A stretch of DNA of 64,000 nt, taken from assembly GCA_965372795.1 (NCBI GenBank), contig CBDVDR010000002.1, forward strand, positions 160,001 to 224,000, written 5' to 3'. This DNA comes from an uncultured bacterium. Lineage in GTDB: Bacteria > Zixibacteria > MSB-5A5 > GN15 > FEB-12. Positions 1-11,050 of the stretch are shown in pieces. The position numbers and the translations under genes are program-made. The stretch's first letter is position 1, and each line of letters starts with the position of its first letter. The notes beneath the pieces were generated by a model. It saw only the letters and a list, made by a program, of their open reading frames with translations. It had not been told where the DNA came from and ran no database searches.

Positions 1-2292
1 CATTCGGAAATAATTTCCGATAACCTGACTTCGCTTTCAGATGGAATTTCATACTCTGATGATTTAGGCGATAACTGGCAGGTTGTCGATTTTGACGCTC
101 AGGATATAATTTATGCTACGGGCGGTGATCGAACAATTTTTGATTTGACCGGTCACGGCAGCTGGGTTTTTGCAGCAGCCTTTGCCGGGGGATTGCTGGC
201 TTCCAATGATGATGCGACCAGCTGGTTTCGGATGTTTCCAACTCCGCGGGATTCAATAAATTATTATGAAGGTCATGTCGGGCTTGATACGTTGTCGCTA
301 TTGAATAGATATTTTTCAGCTCAAGTTGACACTTCTCATTTTAATCCGGCAACCCCTTATGATGATTCATTATTCCTATGGGTCGGTTCAGCCGGCGGAT
401 TGGTTCAGTTTGTTTTTGTCGATCCGCACGCCAAGCCGTTTACAAAACGAATCTCAAAAATAGTTACCTGTGAAAACTGTTCCGGCGAGGATGTCGGCTA
501 TATGTTTCTGGGTGGAGATAATGGCATAACCCGAGGGTTCAAAAACGGAGCCCCATATATATCGATATTTGATGAGAATGAAATTTCTTATCGTCAAACT
601 ACTGCTATCGGATACTTTGCCGACCGTTTGTTTCTCGGTACGGTTGATGAAACCGGAACCAATTCGGCTTTGTCAATTTCGGATGATCAGGGAGTAAGTT
701 TTACCGGGGTTGCTAATTTCCCGGCAGACCCACAGGGTGAAACTGTCTTTTCTGAATTTGATCTGTTTCAGGACAAATTATTCCTGTCAGCTTCATCCGG
801 TCTATTTATGAGTTTGGATTCAGGCGATACCTGGCAGTCTTTTCTGATTGACACGTTAAATGCAACCTCAGTTGTAAATACGGCTTATGATTTTGTTTCA
901 ATCGGTGACACGATGTACCTTGGAACCGATGCCGGATTGGCAATAGTATATTTGAGTGATACAACGACGGTTGATTCATTTATAGTTAAGAGTTTCCCGG
1001 AAACCGAATCGAGTTCTACCAAGATTACTCGCTTGAAAATACAGGAATTTGCGGATTCGCTGATTCTGTGGACGATTCATGAACCCGTTAGTGCCGGAGC
1101 CGGAACGAGATTTGTCGGACGAAATAATATTGACCGGCTTGATAATATCGCCGACTGGCAGCATTTGCAGGTTGATGTGGTTGTAACGGATATGAACTTC
1201 CTCGGTGATACTGCTTTTGTAGTAGGTGAGGAAGGGATTCGGCTGACTTCGTTTGGTACCAATCCTGATATAATTTTTACGATTGAAATGTTAATTGACA
1301 GTACGGTGATTGATTCTCTGGGCTCTGATACAATAAATGTTTTGTCAATTCAAGGCGACACGATCATTGTCGGAACCTCCAATGGATTCGCTTATTCGAA
1401 TGACCGTGGTGAAACATATAATATCGTTAGAATAAATACCGATCTGACCCAGCATGATGCCAGTATTCATTTTACAATAGCAAATTCATTTTTGAATTTC
1501 AGCGGCGGGTTAGGTATCACCGGAAACTGGATCCCGGCTCTTGAGGTTCAACCGATCCCCGGTCAAGCTGATGCAATCTGGTTATCGACTCGTTCTACGG
1601 GACTTGAGGCAGATACTTCCGGATTCGGTATAACGCGTGGGATGCCGTTTTATAATATCGGAACGGATACGCTTCATCAGCGATACTGGCAATTATTTTA
1701 TGAAGATGATTTTGCCTGGAATTTTGCCTTTAACGGCGATACGGTATTTGCAGCAACTAACAGCGGTTTGATTATGAATGCGACCGGAGAGCAATACGAA
1801 TGGGATACGCTGGCTTTTGTTGATGATCTTGGTGAAGTGCAGATATTTGATGAGGTCCCGGTTTATGGAGTAGAGGTTTTTGACGGGTTTGTCTGGGTTG
1901 GCACCGATGATCGGACGCTGAAATTGAGGCTTAATGATCTGGTCGTTGAAAAAACATTTTATGTTGAAGATAATTTGACTTCTGTTGAAGAAGTTTATGC
2001 TTTCCCGGTTCCGTTCAGCCATGAGACTGATTACGAAATTGATTTTCATTTTACAGTTGAACAGGATGCCAGAGTAACTTTGGAAATTTATGATTTTGCA
2101 ATGAATCTTGTGAAACGGGTTTTAAATAATCGAGAATATGTTGCCGGGATTTATCCTACTTCCGGTTCCAATCGGGTAACCTGGGATGGATTCAATGGCA
2201 AAGGAGACAAGGTCGCAGTAGGTGTTTATTATTTTAAAGTAGAATATTCCACCGGCGAAGTTCGTTGGGGTAAATTAGCGGTTATCCCTTAA
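1..2292 (+). CDS. Secreted BNR/Asp-box beta-propeller protein with C-terminal FlgD-Ig/T9SS type A-like sorting domain (5' truncated)
   Basis: Frame is open from base 1 (HSEIISDNLT...SYSDDLGDNW). Repeated SxDxGxTW/F Asp-boxes. C-terminus YAFPVPF...LEIYD..NLVK...WDG...GVYYFKV...KLAVIP. Confidence 0.8.
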   Translation, partial: HSEIISDNLTSLSDGISYSDDLGDNWQVVDFDAQDIIYATGGDRTIFDLTGHGSWVFAAAFAGGLLASNDDATSWFRMFPTPRDSINYYEGHVGLDTLSLLNRYFSAQVDTSHFNPATPYDDSLFLWVGSAGGLVQFVFVDPHAKPFTKRISKIVTCENCSGEDVGYMFLGGDNGITRGFKNGAPYISIFDENEISYRQTTAIGYFADRLFLGTVDETGTNSALSISDDQGVSFTGVANFPADPQGETVFSEFDLFQDKLFLSASSGLFMSLDSGDTWQSFLIDTLNATSVVNTAYDFVSIGDTMYLGTDAGLAIVYLSDTTTVDSFIVKSFPETESSSTKITRLKIQEFADSLILWTIHEPVSAGAGTRFVGRNNIDRLDNIADWQHLQVDVVVTDMNFLGDTAFVVGEEGIRLTSFGTNPDIIFTIEMLIDSTVIDSLGSDTINVLSIQGDTIIVGTSNGFAYSNDRGETYNIVRINTDLTQHDASIHFTIANSFLNFSGGLGITGNWIPALEVQPIPGQADAIWLSTRSTGLEADTSGFGITRGMPFYNIGTDTLHQRYWQLFYEDDFAWNFAFNGDTVFAATNSGLIMNATGEQYEWDTLAFVDDLGEVQIFDEVPVYGVEVFDGFVWVGTDDRTLKLRLNDLVVEKTFYVEDNLTSVEEVYAFPVPFSHETDYEIDFHFTVEQDARVTLEIYDFAMNLVKRVLNNREYVAGIYPTSGSNRVTWDGFNGKGDKVAVGVYYFKVEYSTGEVRWGKLAVIP

Positions 2293-2301
2293 GGAGAAAT
2301 T

Positions 2302-3273
2302 ATGATTCGCAGATTATTTGTAATATTTGTTTTAATTGTAGCGGTGGTTCTGCCGGTAAATGCGGAAGAGTCCAACGGCGGTTATACGGGTTCATTTTTG
2401 CAGATGCCTGTCGGTGCCCGTCCGGTAGCGATGGGTGGAGCTTACCGGTCAATATCCAATGATGGCGCCGGACCTTTGTATAATCCGGCCGGTGTTGCAG
2501 AGCTTAAGAAAATAATGTTTGCATCCTCATATAGAATGATGGAGCTTGATCGCAAACTGGGGTATGTAAACCTTTTATTTCCGGCACGATTAAATTCGGT
2601 CATCGGGATTAGCTGGTTATATGCCGGATCGGGTGCGGTTGACGGCAGAAACAAAGACGGCGATTTAACCGGGACCGATTATAGTTTGAACAATCATGAT
2701 ATTGGGATTGTTTTTGCCAAACGTTTTGAAAATTTATTCGCAGCCGGAGTGAAACTAAATTATTTACAGTCTGATTTTGGCAATTTGACCGCTTTTTCAG
2801 TCGGCTTTGATTTTGGGTTTTTGTTTTATTTGAGTGAATTGGTAGATCGTGAAAACAGAGATTTGAAGGCGGTGCAGAATATACAACTCGGATTTACTTT
2901 GAAAAATATCGCCGCCAAATACCGATGGGATACCGGCGACATGAACAGCGGAGCTATCGGAATTATTCAGGAGGATGATTTTCCTCTGGAAGTAGCTGTT
3001 GGCGGATCAGCACGGTTTTTTGACAAAAAATTATTACTTTCTTCTGATTTAGTTTATACAGAGAATCAATCTATTCGCAACTATTCCGGGGCGGAATATT
3101 TTGTTAAACCGGAATTCGCATTGAGAGCCGGTTTTTCAGATGGAAGAGCAACCGCCGGGACCGGATATGTTTTTAAATTAGGCAAAAGAATAATGGCCAT
3201 TGATTATGCCTTTTCAACTGATAAAGCCAGCGAAGGTTCGGAACATATATTCTCGTTTGATTTGTTATTTTAG
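2302..3273 (+). CDS. PorV/PorQ-family outer-membrane beta-barrel
   Basis: Signal peptide; FLQMPVGARPVAMGGA and YNPAG motifs; amphipathic strands ending in F; AAGGAG RBS. Confidence 0.85.
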   Translation: MIRRLFVIFVLIVAVVLPVNAEESNGGYTGSFLQMPVGARPVAMGGAYRSISNDGAGPLYNPAGVAELKKIMFASSYRMMELDRKLGYVNLLFPARLNSVIGISWLYAGSGAVDGRNKDGDLTGTDYSLNNHDIGIVFAKRFENLFAAGVKLNYLQSDFGNLTAFSVGFDFGFLFYLSELVDRENRDLKAVQNIQLGFTLKNIAAKYRWDTGDMNSGAIGIIQEDDFPLEVAVGGSARFFDKKLLLSSDLVYTENQSIRNYSGAEYFVKPEFALRAGFSDGRATAGTGYVFKLGKRIMAIDYAFSTDKASEGSEHIFSFDLLF

Positions 3274-3281
3274 GAAATAAT

Positions 3282-4184
3282 ATGAAGCAACTTTTTAGCA
3301 TTTCTTTTTTGATAATTTTAATGGGTGTCAATGTTATTGCTCAGGATGAATACAATGACGGGTTAACCCTGATGCAAATTGAGCAGGGTGCTAAGGTTGC
3401 CGGGATGGGCGGCACTTCGGTTGCCCTTATCAGCAGTCCTGATTTGACAGCTTATAATCCGGCGGCAGCGGTAGGTGTTGAAAAATTTACGGTTTCGTTC
3501 GGACATATTTCATATTGGGAAAATATCCGGCTGGAGTCGGGCTATTTTGCAAAAGATATGAATGATCGCTGGTATTTTCATGGCGGTTTAAAATACGCTA
3601 CTGATGATAAAATCGAAGAGCGTCAGTATCCCACCGCAATTCCCGATGGTCTGTTTTCGGCTCATGATATATCAATTAAGAGCGGGCTTGCGTATAAATT
3701 AAGTGACAAAGTAAATATCGGATTAGCCCTCGGCTGGTTTATCGAAAAAATCGGAAACTATCGCGGATCGGCTTTTAATCTCGATTTTGGCTTACAGAGT
3801 CAAATAAATGAAAAATTATCACTGGGAGCATCGGTAACGAACCTTGGGAAACATTTTCATCTAACCTTAAACGGGTTAGTAGGATCGCGCTATATAACAT
3901 TGCCGACCACTTATAGAATCGGAGCGGCATATAAAGTGGATAAATATATTGGAACAGCTGATATAGTTTATCTGGATGATGAAGTAAAAATACATGTTGG
4001 TACCGAAGCCAATGTGCATGAATATTTTCTGCTTCGCGCCGGTTATATGGCGAACTATGATTCAAAAAGTTTTACAGCCGGGAGTTCGTTTATATACCGG
4101 AATATGATAATAGATTATGGCTTTGTACCATATAGTAATAATTTAGGAACATCACATCTTTTTAACATAACCTTTAGTTTGTAA
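3282..4184 (+). CDS. PorV/PorQ-family outer-membrane beta-barrel (second paralogue)
   Basis: Signal peptide; GAKVAGMGG, YNPAA, LRAGY and IDYGF...LGTSHLF motifs. Confidence 0.8.
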   Translation: MKQLFSISFLIILMGVNVIAQDEYNDGLTLMQIEQGAKVAGMGGTSVALISSPDLTAYNPAAAVGVEKFTVSFGHISYWENIRLESGYFAKDMNDRWYFHGGLKYATDDKIEERQYPTAIPDGLFSAHDISIKSGLAYKLSDKVNIGLALGWFIEKIGNYRGSAFNLDFGLQSQINEKLSLGASVTNLGKHFHLTLNGLVGSRYITLPTTYRIGAAYKVDKYIGTADIVYLDDEVKIHVGTEANVHEYFLLRAGYMANYDSKSFTAGSSFIYRNMIIDYGFVPYSNNLGTSHLFNITFSL

Positions 4185-4204
4185 CTATCAGGAGACTTGA
4201 AACT

Positions 4205-5323
4205 ATGGCGAAATACAAAATAGCATGGTTGCCCGGCGATGGCGTTGGTAATGATGTTATGGAAGCTGCCAAGATCGTACTCGATCGCTTCAGCTTTGAT
4301 GCTGAATATATCCATGGGGATATCGGCTGGGAATTTTGGAAAACCGAAGCTAATCCGCTGCCGGATAGAACCATTGATTTACTCAAGAACACCAATTGTG
4401 CTTTGTTTGGTGCAATTACCTCGCTTCCAAAAGAAGAAGCAGAGAACGAACTGATTCCAAGCCTTCGCGGTAAAGGGCATATTTATGCTTCACCGATTGT
4501 AAGGCTCCGTCAGGAATTTAATCTGCGTACGAATTTGAGACCTTGTAAAGCGTATCCGGGTAATCCCATCAATTATAAAGATGATATTGACATTGTTGTT
4601 TTCCGTGAAAACACCGAAGATTTATATGTCGGTATTGAATTTCATCCCCTGCCGGATGAAGTCAGGGCAGTGTTGAAAAGTAACCATAAGAAAATGGCTC
4701 GTTTTGACAGTACTCCCGGTGAAGATATTGCGGTATCACTAAGAATCAATACCCGCAACGGCTGTCGGAATATTATGACCGATGCCTTTGAATTTGCCAA
4801 AAAAACCGGTCGTAAATCGGTCGCAGTGGTTGAGAAACCGAACGTGATCAGAGAAACATCGGGTCTGATGATTCGCACCGCCCGAGAAGTTGCCAAGAAC
4901 TATCCGGGAATCGAACTTTGGGAAACCAATATCGATGCTATGTGTATGTGGCTGGTTAAGAATCCGAATGAATATTCGGTGCTGGCAACCACCAATATGT
5001 TTGGCGATATCGTTTCTGATCTTTGCGCTCAATTGGTCGGCGGATTAGGTTTTGCCGCATCCGGTAATATCGGTGACAATTATGCCGTCTTTGAGCCGAC
5101 TCATGGTTCGGCGCCGAAGTATGCCGGACAGTACAAAGTTAATCCGATGGCGATGCTTTTGACAACTAAGATGATGTTTGACTGGCTGGGTGAAACCGAA
5201 AAAGGTGAGACCCTTGAAAATGCCATTGCTGCTGTCATCAAAGAAGGTTCGGTCAGAACTTATGATATGGGTGGAAAAAACAGTACTCTTGAATTAGCGG
5301 AGGCTGTAGCCGCTAAGTTATAG
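4205..5323 (+). CDS. Isocitrate/isopropylmalate dehydrogenase family protein
   Basis: LPGDGVG, FRENTEDLY, NMFGDIVSDL, FEPTHGSAPKYAG and NPMA motifs; substrate not resolvable. Confidence 0.92.
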   Translation: MAKYKIAWLPGDGVGNDVMEAAKIVLDRFSFDAEYIHGDIGWEFWKTEANPLPDRTIDLLKNTNCALFGAITSLPKEEAENELIPSLRGKGHIYASPIVRLRQEFNLRTNLRPCKAYPGNPINYKDDIDIVVFRENTEDLYVGIEFHPLPDEVRAVLKSNHKKMARFDSTPGEDIAVSLRINTRNGCRNIMTDAFEFAKKTGRKSVAVVEKPNVIRETSGLMIRTAREVAKNYPGIELWETNIDAMCMWLVKNPNEYSVLATTNMFGDIVSDLCAQLVGGLGFAASGNIGDNYAVFEPTHGSAPKYAGQYKVNPMAMLLTTKMMFDWLGETEKGETLENAIAAVIKEGSVRTYDMGGKNSTLELAEAVAAKL

Positions 5324-5351
5324 TATTTAGAAATAATTCAGCTATTTATAT

Positions 5352-5387
5352 AAAAGGCAGTCCGCCCAGGCGGACTGCCTTTTTTTT
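5352..5387 (+). terminator. Intrinsic terminator
   Basis: AAAAGGCAGTCCGCC-CA-GGCGGACTGCC followed by T8. Confidence 0.9.
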
Positions 5388-5485
5388 ATGTAAAATCCAA
5401 TTATAACTTAATAGAACTCCAAATTTGTCGATAACATTAACGATATTAAACAGTTTAAAATGCTCATACTTGGAGGCTAGATTAG

Positions 5486-7564
5486 GTGAAAAACCTTTCA
5501 ATAAAAAACAAAGTATTGATATTAGTTCTATTCGGATTAGTACTTGTCACCGGTACTACTTTTATTGTAAATAATAATATTCAATCTGAAACAATTTCAA
5601 CCATCTACAAAGACAATACTGATGCGCTCAATTGGTCACTTACAAACCAAATTGAAGAGTTGATGGTGTTTGGAGAAAATGAGAAACTTCAACCCTTAAC
5701 TGAAAATATCGTGAGTCAGGGGATATCAAACGAAGTTACAATAGTCGATGCAGATTTAAATATTGCCCGTTCATCAAATCCTGAGATCATTGGTGAAAAA
5801 TCTACAGATAAAATCTGGATACAACTTTTTGCCCAAGGCCGGGATGCTGTTTTTGAAGAAATAATTAATGATGAAGCCGTTCAGATTAGTTATAAAGTTT
5901 TTAAGAATGAGGGTGCATGCACAGAGTGTCATGATACAGATACTGAAAAAATTCTTGGTGGTTTGAAGATGGTAAAGTCCAAGCAATTTATTGCTGATGC
6001 AAATGATGAATCATTGGCGATGAATTTATTATTATTCGGGATTGGGTTAATTTTATTGATTGGCAGTATAAACTATATTTTAAAACGCCAGATTTTCACG
6101 CCATTAAATGCGGTTACTCTCAAACTTGAACGAGCCAGTGAAGGGGACATCGATCAGGTTATAAGAGCGAGATCAAATGATGAGATTGGTTTATTCCTCA
6201 CTAAAATTCAAGCTCTTATTGATTATATAAAAGTATTTGCTAATGCTTCTGAAAAAATTGCAAATCGTGATCTTCGGGTCGTTGTGGAACCAAAAAGTGA
6301 CAAAGACATATTGGGGAAATCATTCAAACAGATGGTTTCAAATCTCACTGAAATAATTCAACAATTGACAACTAATACGGCAGAGTTGATGCAAGTTTCC
6401 GGTAACATAGCCTTAACTTCTCAAAAAACTTCAAGTGGAACCGTTCAGCAGGCTGAGGAAGTTCGACAAATTGCATCAGCAGTGGAAGAGCTAAGTAAAA
6501 CTACTACTGAATCGAGTAAGAATGCTAATCAGGCAACTTCAATTGCCGGACAATCTTCGGAGACTGCAACTGCCGGAGGTAAAATTATTGATGAAACTAT
6601 AAGTAGTATGAAAGAGATTGTTGAAATCGTACGTAACTCATCAGAATCAATTGGGAAACTTGAGAGTTCGGCTAATAAAATTGGAGAGATCATCAATGTT
6701 ATCGATGATATCGCTGATCAAACTAATCTGTTAGCTCTAAATGCTGCTATTGAAGCTGCGCGAGCCGGAGAGCAGGGACGCGGTTTTGCAGTAGTAGCAG
6801 ACGAAGTACGGAAGCTGGCCGAGCGAACAGCTAAGGCTACCAGTGAAATTTCTGATATGATAAAGGGTATCCAAGTCGAAACGAATGCTGCGGTATCGTC
6901 GATGGGTTCCGGTTTAGAAGCGGTAGGAAAAGGACAGGAGCAAGTAGATCAAGCGGGTCAAAGTCTGGTACAGATAGTAAGTATGTCAGAACAGGTGATG
7001 AGTGTTATAAATTCTATTGCCAACTCTACTGATGAACAGAATATAGTAACGGATGAAATTGCAAAAAATATGGATCATATCACCGCTGTAGCTATACATA
7101 CTGAAAAAGGTGCCCATGAAGCATCGGCAGCAGCAGAAGAATTAAGTCGTCAGGCTGAAAGTATGAGACTAATGGTTTCAAAGTTTAAGCTGGAAGACAA
7201 TCATACCGGAATGTTTTCTATAGCAAAAAGTGACCATAAGCTTTATATGGAAAAACTGAATGCAATTGTTGAAGGCATTTTGAAAGTTGAAGATTGGAAG
7301 GCTGTCGATCATCACAATTGTCGGTTTGGGAAATGGTATGATACGGTAGAAAACACATCGTTTTGTAATTTGAAAGAATTTAAAGAGCTAAAAAGTGTCC
7401 ATAAAGATGTTCATCTTTTTGCCAATCGAGCGATTGAGGCTTTAAAAGCAAATAATGAAAAAAATGTACAAGTAGAATTTGACAAGGCTATTGAAGCTTC
7501 GCAGGGTGTCATTAACTACTGTGATTCATTGGTGAATATTATTTCAAAAGGTATTAATGTATAA
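5486..7564 (+). CDS. Methyl-accepting chemotaxis protein with periplasmic CxxCH, HAMP and C-terminal CZB domain
   Basis: Two TM helices; CTECH between them; [38 protein letters not shown] signalling hairpin; C-terminal H...[11 protein letters not shown]...HKDVH. Confidence 0.93.
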   Translation: MKNLSIKNKVLILVLFGLVLVTGTTFIVNNNIQSETISTIYKDNTDALNWSLTNQIEELMVFGENEKLQPLTENIVSQGISNEVTIVDADLNIARSSNPEIIGEKSTDKIWIQLFAQGRDAVFEEIINDEAVQISYKVFKNEGACTECHDTDTEKILGGLKMVKSKQFIADANDESLAMNLLLFGIGLILLIGSINYILKRQIFTPLNAVTLKLERASEGDIDQVIRARSNDEIGLFLTKIQALIDYIKVFANASEKIANRDLRVVVEPKSDKDILGKSFKQMVSNLTEIIQQLTTNTAELMQVSGNIALTSQKTSSGTVQQAEEVRQIASAVEELSKTTTESSKNANQATSIAGQSSETATAGGKIIDETISSMKEIVEIVRNSSESIGKLESSANKIGEIINVIDDIADQTNLLALNAAIEAARAGEQGRGFAVVADEVRKLAERTAKATSEISDMIKGIQVETNAAVSSMGSGLEAVGKGQEQVDQAGQSLVQIVSMSEQVMSVINSIANSTDEQNIVTDEIAKNMDHITAVAIHTEKGAHEASAAAEELSRQAESMRLMVSKFKLEDNHTGMFSIAKSDHKLYMEKLNAIVEGILKVEDWKAVDHHNCRFGKWYDTVENTSFCNLKEFKELKSVHKDVHLFANRAIEALKANNEKNVQVEFDKAIEASQGVINYCDSLVNIISKGINV

Positions 7565-7598
7565 AGACAATTTTTACTGCTGTTAACTGTCTTTAAGC

Positions 7599-7636
7599 AA
7601 AAAGGTCAGCGTTTAGACTCGCTGACCTTTATTTTT
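7599..7636. terminator. Bidirectional terminator between MCP and rdgB
   Basis: AAAGGTCAGCG-N8-CGCTGACCTTT between convergent genes. Confidence 0.8.
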
Positions 7637-8231
7637 TGGCATTAATCCGGTCGATGATGACATCACGGATTTTTTGAAGGGCTAAACCCCGATGAGAGAT
7701 TCGGTTCTTTTCCTCAATCGTCATTTCTGAAAATCGTTTGTCAGAAGGTGGATGATAGAATACCGGGTCGTATCCAAATCCTTCGGTTCCTAAAATATTC
7801 TCAGAAATAATTCCCTCAACTTCACCGGCAACAGTATCAAATTCGCCGTTGTGCCAGTCGATAGTCATGACACACCGGAAACGGGCGGTACGTTGTTCTT
7901 GCGGGACGTTTTGAAGCTCGCTGATAAGCTTTTTATTGTTGTCGCTATAGCTGACATCATCGCCGGCATAACGGGAGGAGTAGACGCCCGGGGCGCCGTC
8001 AAGAGCATCAACCTCAAGTCCGCTGTCATCGGCAAGAGCGGGTAGGTCGCAATAATTGGCAATGCCGGTGGCTTTGAGTTTGGCGTTTTCTTCGAGGGTG
8101 GAGCCGGTTTCTTCGATGTCTGGGAATTCGAGGAAATCATCACGGGTTAAGATGGTGACGGGTAGATCGTCAAGGAGATGTTTGATCTCTTTGATTTTGT
8201 CTCTGTTATTAGTGGCGAGGATTAGCTGCAT
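7629..8231 (-). CDS. rdgB: Non-canonical purine NTP pyrophosphatase (RdgB/HAM1)
   Basis: LATNN..K, ADDSGLEVDALDGAPGVYS, GFGYDPVF and SHRG motifs. Confidence 0.95.
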   Translation of the reverse strand: MQLILATNNRDKIKEIKHLLDDLPVTILTRDDFLEFPDIEETGSTLEENAKLKATGIANYCDLPALADDSGLEVDALDGAPGVYSSRYAGDDVSYSDNNKKLISELQNVPQEQRTARFRCVMTIDWHNGEFDTVAGEVEGIISENILGTEGFGYDPVFYHPPSDKRFSEMTIEEKNRISHRGLALQKIRDVIIDRINAKK

Positions 8232-8255
8232 ATTTATTCTAAATTAATATATTTT

Positions 8256-9080
8256 TCAATATTTACTTATGTCGATGCGGGTGATGTTTTCAATCGTCTG
8301 TCCCAAAAAACGGGAAGCAACTTTTGAGAATTTTTCAGGAACATCACTGACATAAAATTTGTGATCGCCGAGATTCAACGTATTCGAACTGGTTTCAGGA
8401 TTCAATAAGTTCGCCTCAGTCAGTTTTTGAACGGCTTCTTTGGCGGTTTCAACACCGCTGTCAATCAAAGTAACAGCGTCACCCATAATGTCATGAATAA
8501 TATGTTTGAGAAGCGGGTAATGGGTGCAGCCTAAAACAAGGGTGTCAATGCCAACATCAATCATAGTTTGCAGATAATCACGGGCAATCAGAAAGGTAGC
8601 ATCTTTGTCGATGTAGCCTTCTTCGGCAAGAGGAACAAAGAGCGGGCAAGCGAGGGAGAAAACTTTCAGGTCCGGGTTGATTGAATGGATAACTTTGGCA
8701 TAGGCGTTTGATCCGATAGTGGCGGTGGTTCCGATAATCCCGATTTTTCCATTTTTGGTTTTTTGAACGGCAGCATAAGCACCGGGTTCGATCACCCCGA
8801 TCATTTGCAGGTTGAATTCTTTTTTCATTTCTTCCAGAGCCACAGCCGAGGCGGTATTGCATCCGCAAATAATAAATTTGACCTGATGTTCGTTGAGGAA
8901 ATTTATATCCTGACGGGTAAATTCGGTTACAATTTCTTTTGAGCGTCCGCCGTAGGGGGTTCTGCCCGAATCGCCAAAATAGACAATGTTTTCACCGGGC
9001 AGGATTTTGAAAACCTCACGGGCAACGGTCAGTCCGCCGACTCCGGAATCAAAAATCCCTATTGAAGAATTGTTATTCAT
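8256..9080 (-). CDS. murI: Glutamate racemase
   Basis: FDSGVGGLTV, CNTAS and LGCTHYPLL motifs. Confidence 0.97.
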   Translation of the reverse strand: MNNNSSIGIFDSGVGGLTVAREVFKILPGENIVYFGDSGRTPYGGRSKEIVTEFTRQDINFLNEHQVKFIICGCNTASAVALEEMKKEFNLQMIGVIEPGAYAAVQKTKNGKIGIIGTTATIGSNAYAKVIHSINPDLKVFSLACPLFVPLAEEGYIDKDATFLIARDYLQTMIDVGIDTLVLGCTHYPLLKHIIHDIMGDAVTLIDSGVETAKEAVQKLTEANLLNPETSSNTLNLGDHKFYVSDVPEKFSKVASRFLGQTIENITRIDISKY

Positions 9081-9095
9081 ATCAATCCGCTTTCT

Positions 9096-10589
9096 TTAGC
9101 TACTTTCATATTTGGCTTTAAATCTTTTAATCGCCTCATAAACAGCTTTGGCAACTTTCTTTTGATATTTTTTTGATTTCAAAAGTTTTTCTTCATTTTT
9201 ATTGGAAATAAATCCGCTTTCAACTAATACGGAGGGAGTGAAAACTTTGTTGAGCACAAAAAAGCCTGCCTGATCAACCCCGCGGGCAGGGATTTTCAAT
9301 CTTTTTCTAAATTCTTTATCCATAATCATAGCCAGGTCGTGGGATTCCATTTGGAATTCGGTGATGAGCATTTCATTTAAGATTGATAAAATCGGGTCGT
9401 ATGGTTCGTCATCTTCGAGGTCTTCATAATACTGTTCTCGTAAGAAAGCGCTGTTCTCAAGTTGTGCCACCGAGCGGGCCGAATCATTTTTTGCGGGGGC
9501 GAGGAAGAAGACGTTCCATCCGCGGACATTCTTTTTGGGTGATGAATTAGCATGGATAGAGATAAACAGATCAGCGGATGCCTCATTGGCAATTTTTGCC
9601 CGCCTTTCCAGGGAGACAGTCTTGTCGCGGTCACGGGTCATTATTACTTTAAACTGTTTGTCTTTACGGATAAGTTTTGCGAGTTCTTTGCTGATGTTTA
9701 GGGCGATATCTTTTTCGCGGGTACCTTTTTGTCCGATAGCACCGTAATCGTTGCCGCCGTGTCCGGGGTCGATGACGATTACGTTGATATTATTGTCGGG
9801 TCCGATGGTGGGGTTGGTGTCTGTTGGTTCAATCGCAAAATTAAGGTCATTGAATGAGAGCTGAATCCGGGGCGGGTCGTTTTCAAATTTGTGATGCCAT
9901 TCGTTTATGTTTCTTTTCAATCGGAAAGATAGCTGTCCGGATTCCATCGCCTGATGAGTTTTGAGTTTGTACATGAATCTCGAATCTTTGCGGGAGTTCA
10001 GCTTGGGGATGTTGAGTTTGCCATCTCTGACTACGACGTTGACCCAGTTGCCCTCGGAGATATAGACTTCATAATTTAAGGAACTGGTCAGGAAAATTTC
10101 AACTAAGAGACCGTTGGCTTTTCTTGAAACGGTTAAGTCGGTGACATTGAAATATTCGGAGTCGATGCGGATATTATTATTGGATTCGCTGTAAATTATT
10201 TTTTGGGGAAGAATCCGGTCGAGGTGTTTTATAAATGTTTTGGGTGTGATAAAAAATTGTCCATCTTTCAGGATGGTCGGGTAGACCAGATTATAAGCGG
10301 TATCGTTGAGCAGGAAAAAGGGAGAGTTGACGTTGAATATAAAATGGTTTTTCCCTTCATCATAAGTGATTTGATGGCCGACGATTTTCCAGTCGAGATA
10401 TCCGCCCATAATTTCAACCAGTTCGGAAAGAGAGATGTATTGAATATCCTTAACTTTGAAAGAATTGATTTTTTCTTCAGAGCCTGAAAAAGCAACCTCA
10501 AATGAATTAGCACTGGGAGGGGAGAATATGGATTGGCTTACTATTATCATTAGAATAATAGTAAAAATATTTAGTTTAATTTTTGTCAT
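9096..10589 (-). CDS. N-acetylmuramoyl-L-alanine amidase (Amidase_3, AmiC-like)
   Basis: Signal peptide; IDPGHGG, EKDIAL, FISIHANS and VLVESGFISN motifs. Confidence 0.93.
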   Translation of the reverse strand: MTKIKLNIFTIILMIIVSQSIFSPPSANSFEVAFSGSEEKINSFKVKDIQYISLSELVEIMGGYLDWKIVGHQITYDEGKNHFIFNVNSPFFLLNDTAYNLVYPTILKDGQFFITPKTFIKHLDRILPQKIIYSESNNNIRIDSEYFNVTDLTVSRKANGLLVEIFLTSSLNYEVYISEGNWVNVVVRDGKLNIPKLNSRKDSRFMYKLKTHQAMESGQLSFRLKRNINEWHHKFENDPPRIQLSFNDLNFAIEPTDTNPTIGPDNNINVIVIDPGHGGNDYGAIGQKGTREKDIALNISKELAKLIRKDKQFKVIMTRDRDKTVSLERRAKIANEASADLFISIHANSSPKKNVRGWNVFFLAPAKNDSARSVAQLENSAFLREQYYEDLEDDEPYDPILSILNEMLITEFQMESHDLAMIMDKEFRKRLKIPARGVDQAGFFVLNKVFTPSVLVESGFISNKNEEKLLKSKKYQKKVAKAVYEAIKRFKAKYESS

Positions 10590-11050
10590 TAATAATCTCT
10601 GTCAGTTGCCTGTTTAATTTTCCTTTTAGCATCAGCATCTGCTATTGCTTGTCTCTTATCATATTTTTTACGTCCAATAGCTAATCCGAGTTCGATTTTA
10701 ACCAAATTTCTTGAAAAATAAAGCCCCAAGGGGATTAAAGTCATCCCTTTTTGCTCAATTTGAGCCTTTACTTTTCTGATTTCTCTTTTATTCAGCAGTA
10801 ATCTTCTTTGTCTCAGTGGATCATAATTATCCGAAGCCATTTTATAGGGGGAGATATGGAGGTTTTTGAGTATAACCTCACCGTTAACTATTATAGCGTA
10901 AGCATCAGCGATGTTTATCTTGCCGTCCCGTATAGACTTAACTTCCGGTCCTCTCAGCTCGATACCGGCTTCAAAAGTATCTTTAATTTCATAGTCAAAA
11001 CGGGCTTTCCTGTTTTTAACTATATATTTAATTTTTGGACTATCACTCAT
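10589..11050 (-). CDS. smpB: SsrA-binding protein
   Basis: NRKARFDY, EAGIEL.G.EVKSIR, LLLNKREI and GRKKYDKR; ATG at 11050 preferred. Confidence 0.96.
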   Translation of the reverse strand: MSDSPKIKYIVKNRKARFDYEIKDTFEAGIELRGPEVKSIRDGKINIADAYAIIVNGEVILKNLHISPYKMASDNYDPLRQRRLLLNKREIRKVKAQIEQKGMTLIPLGLYFSRNLVKIELGLAIGRKKYDKRQAIADADAKRKIKQATDRDY

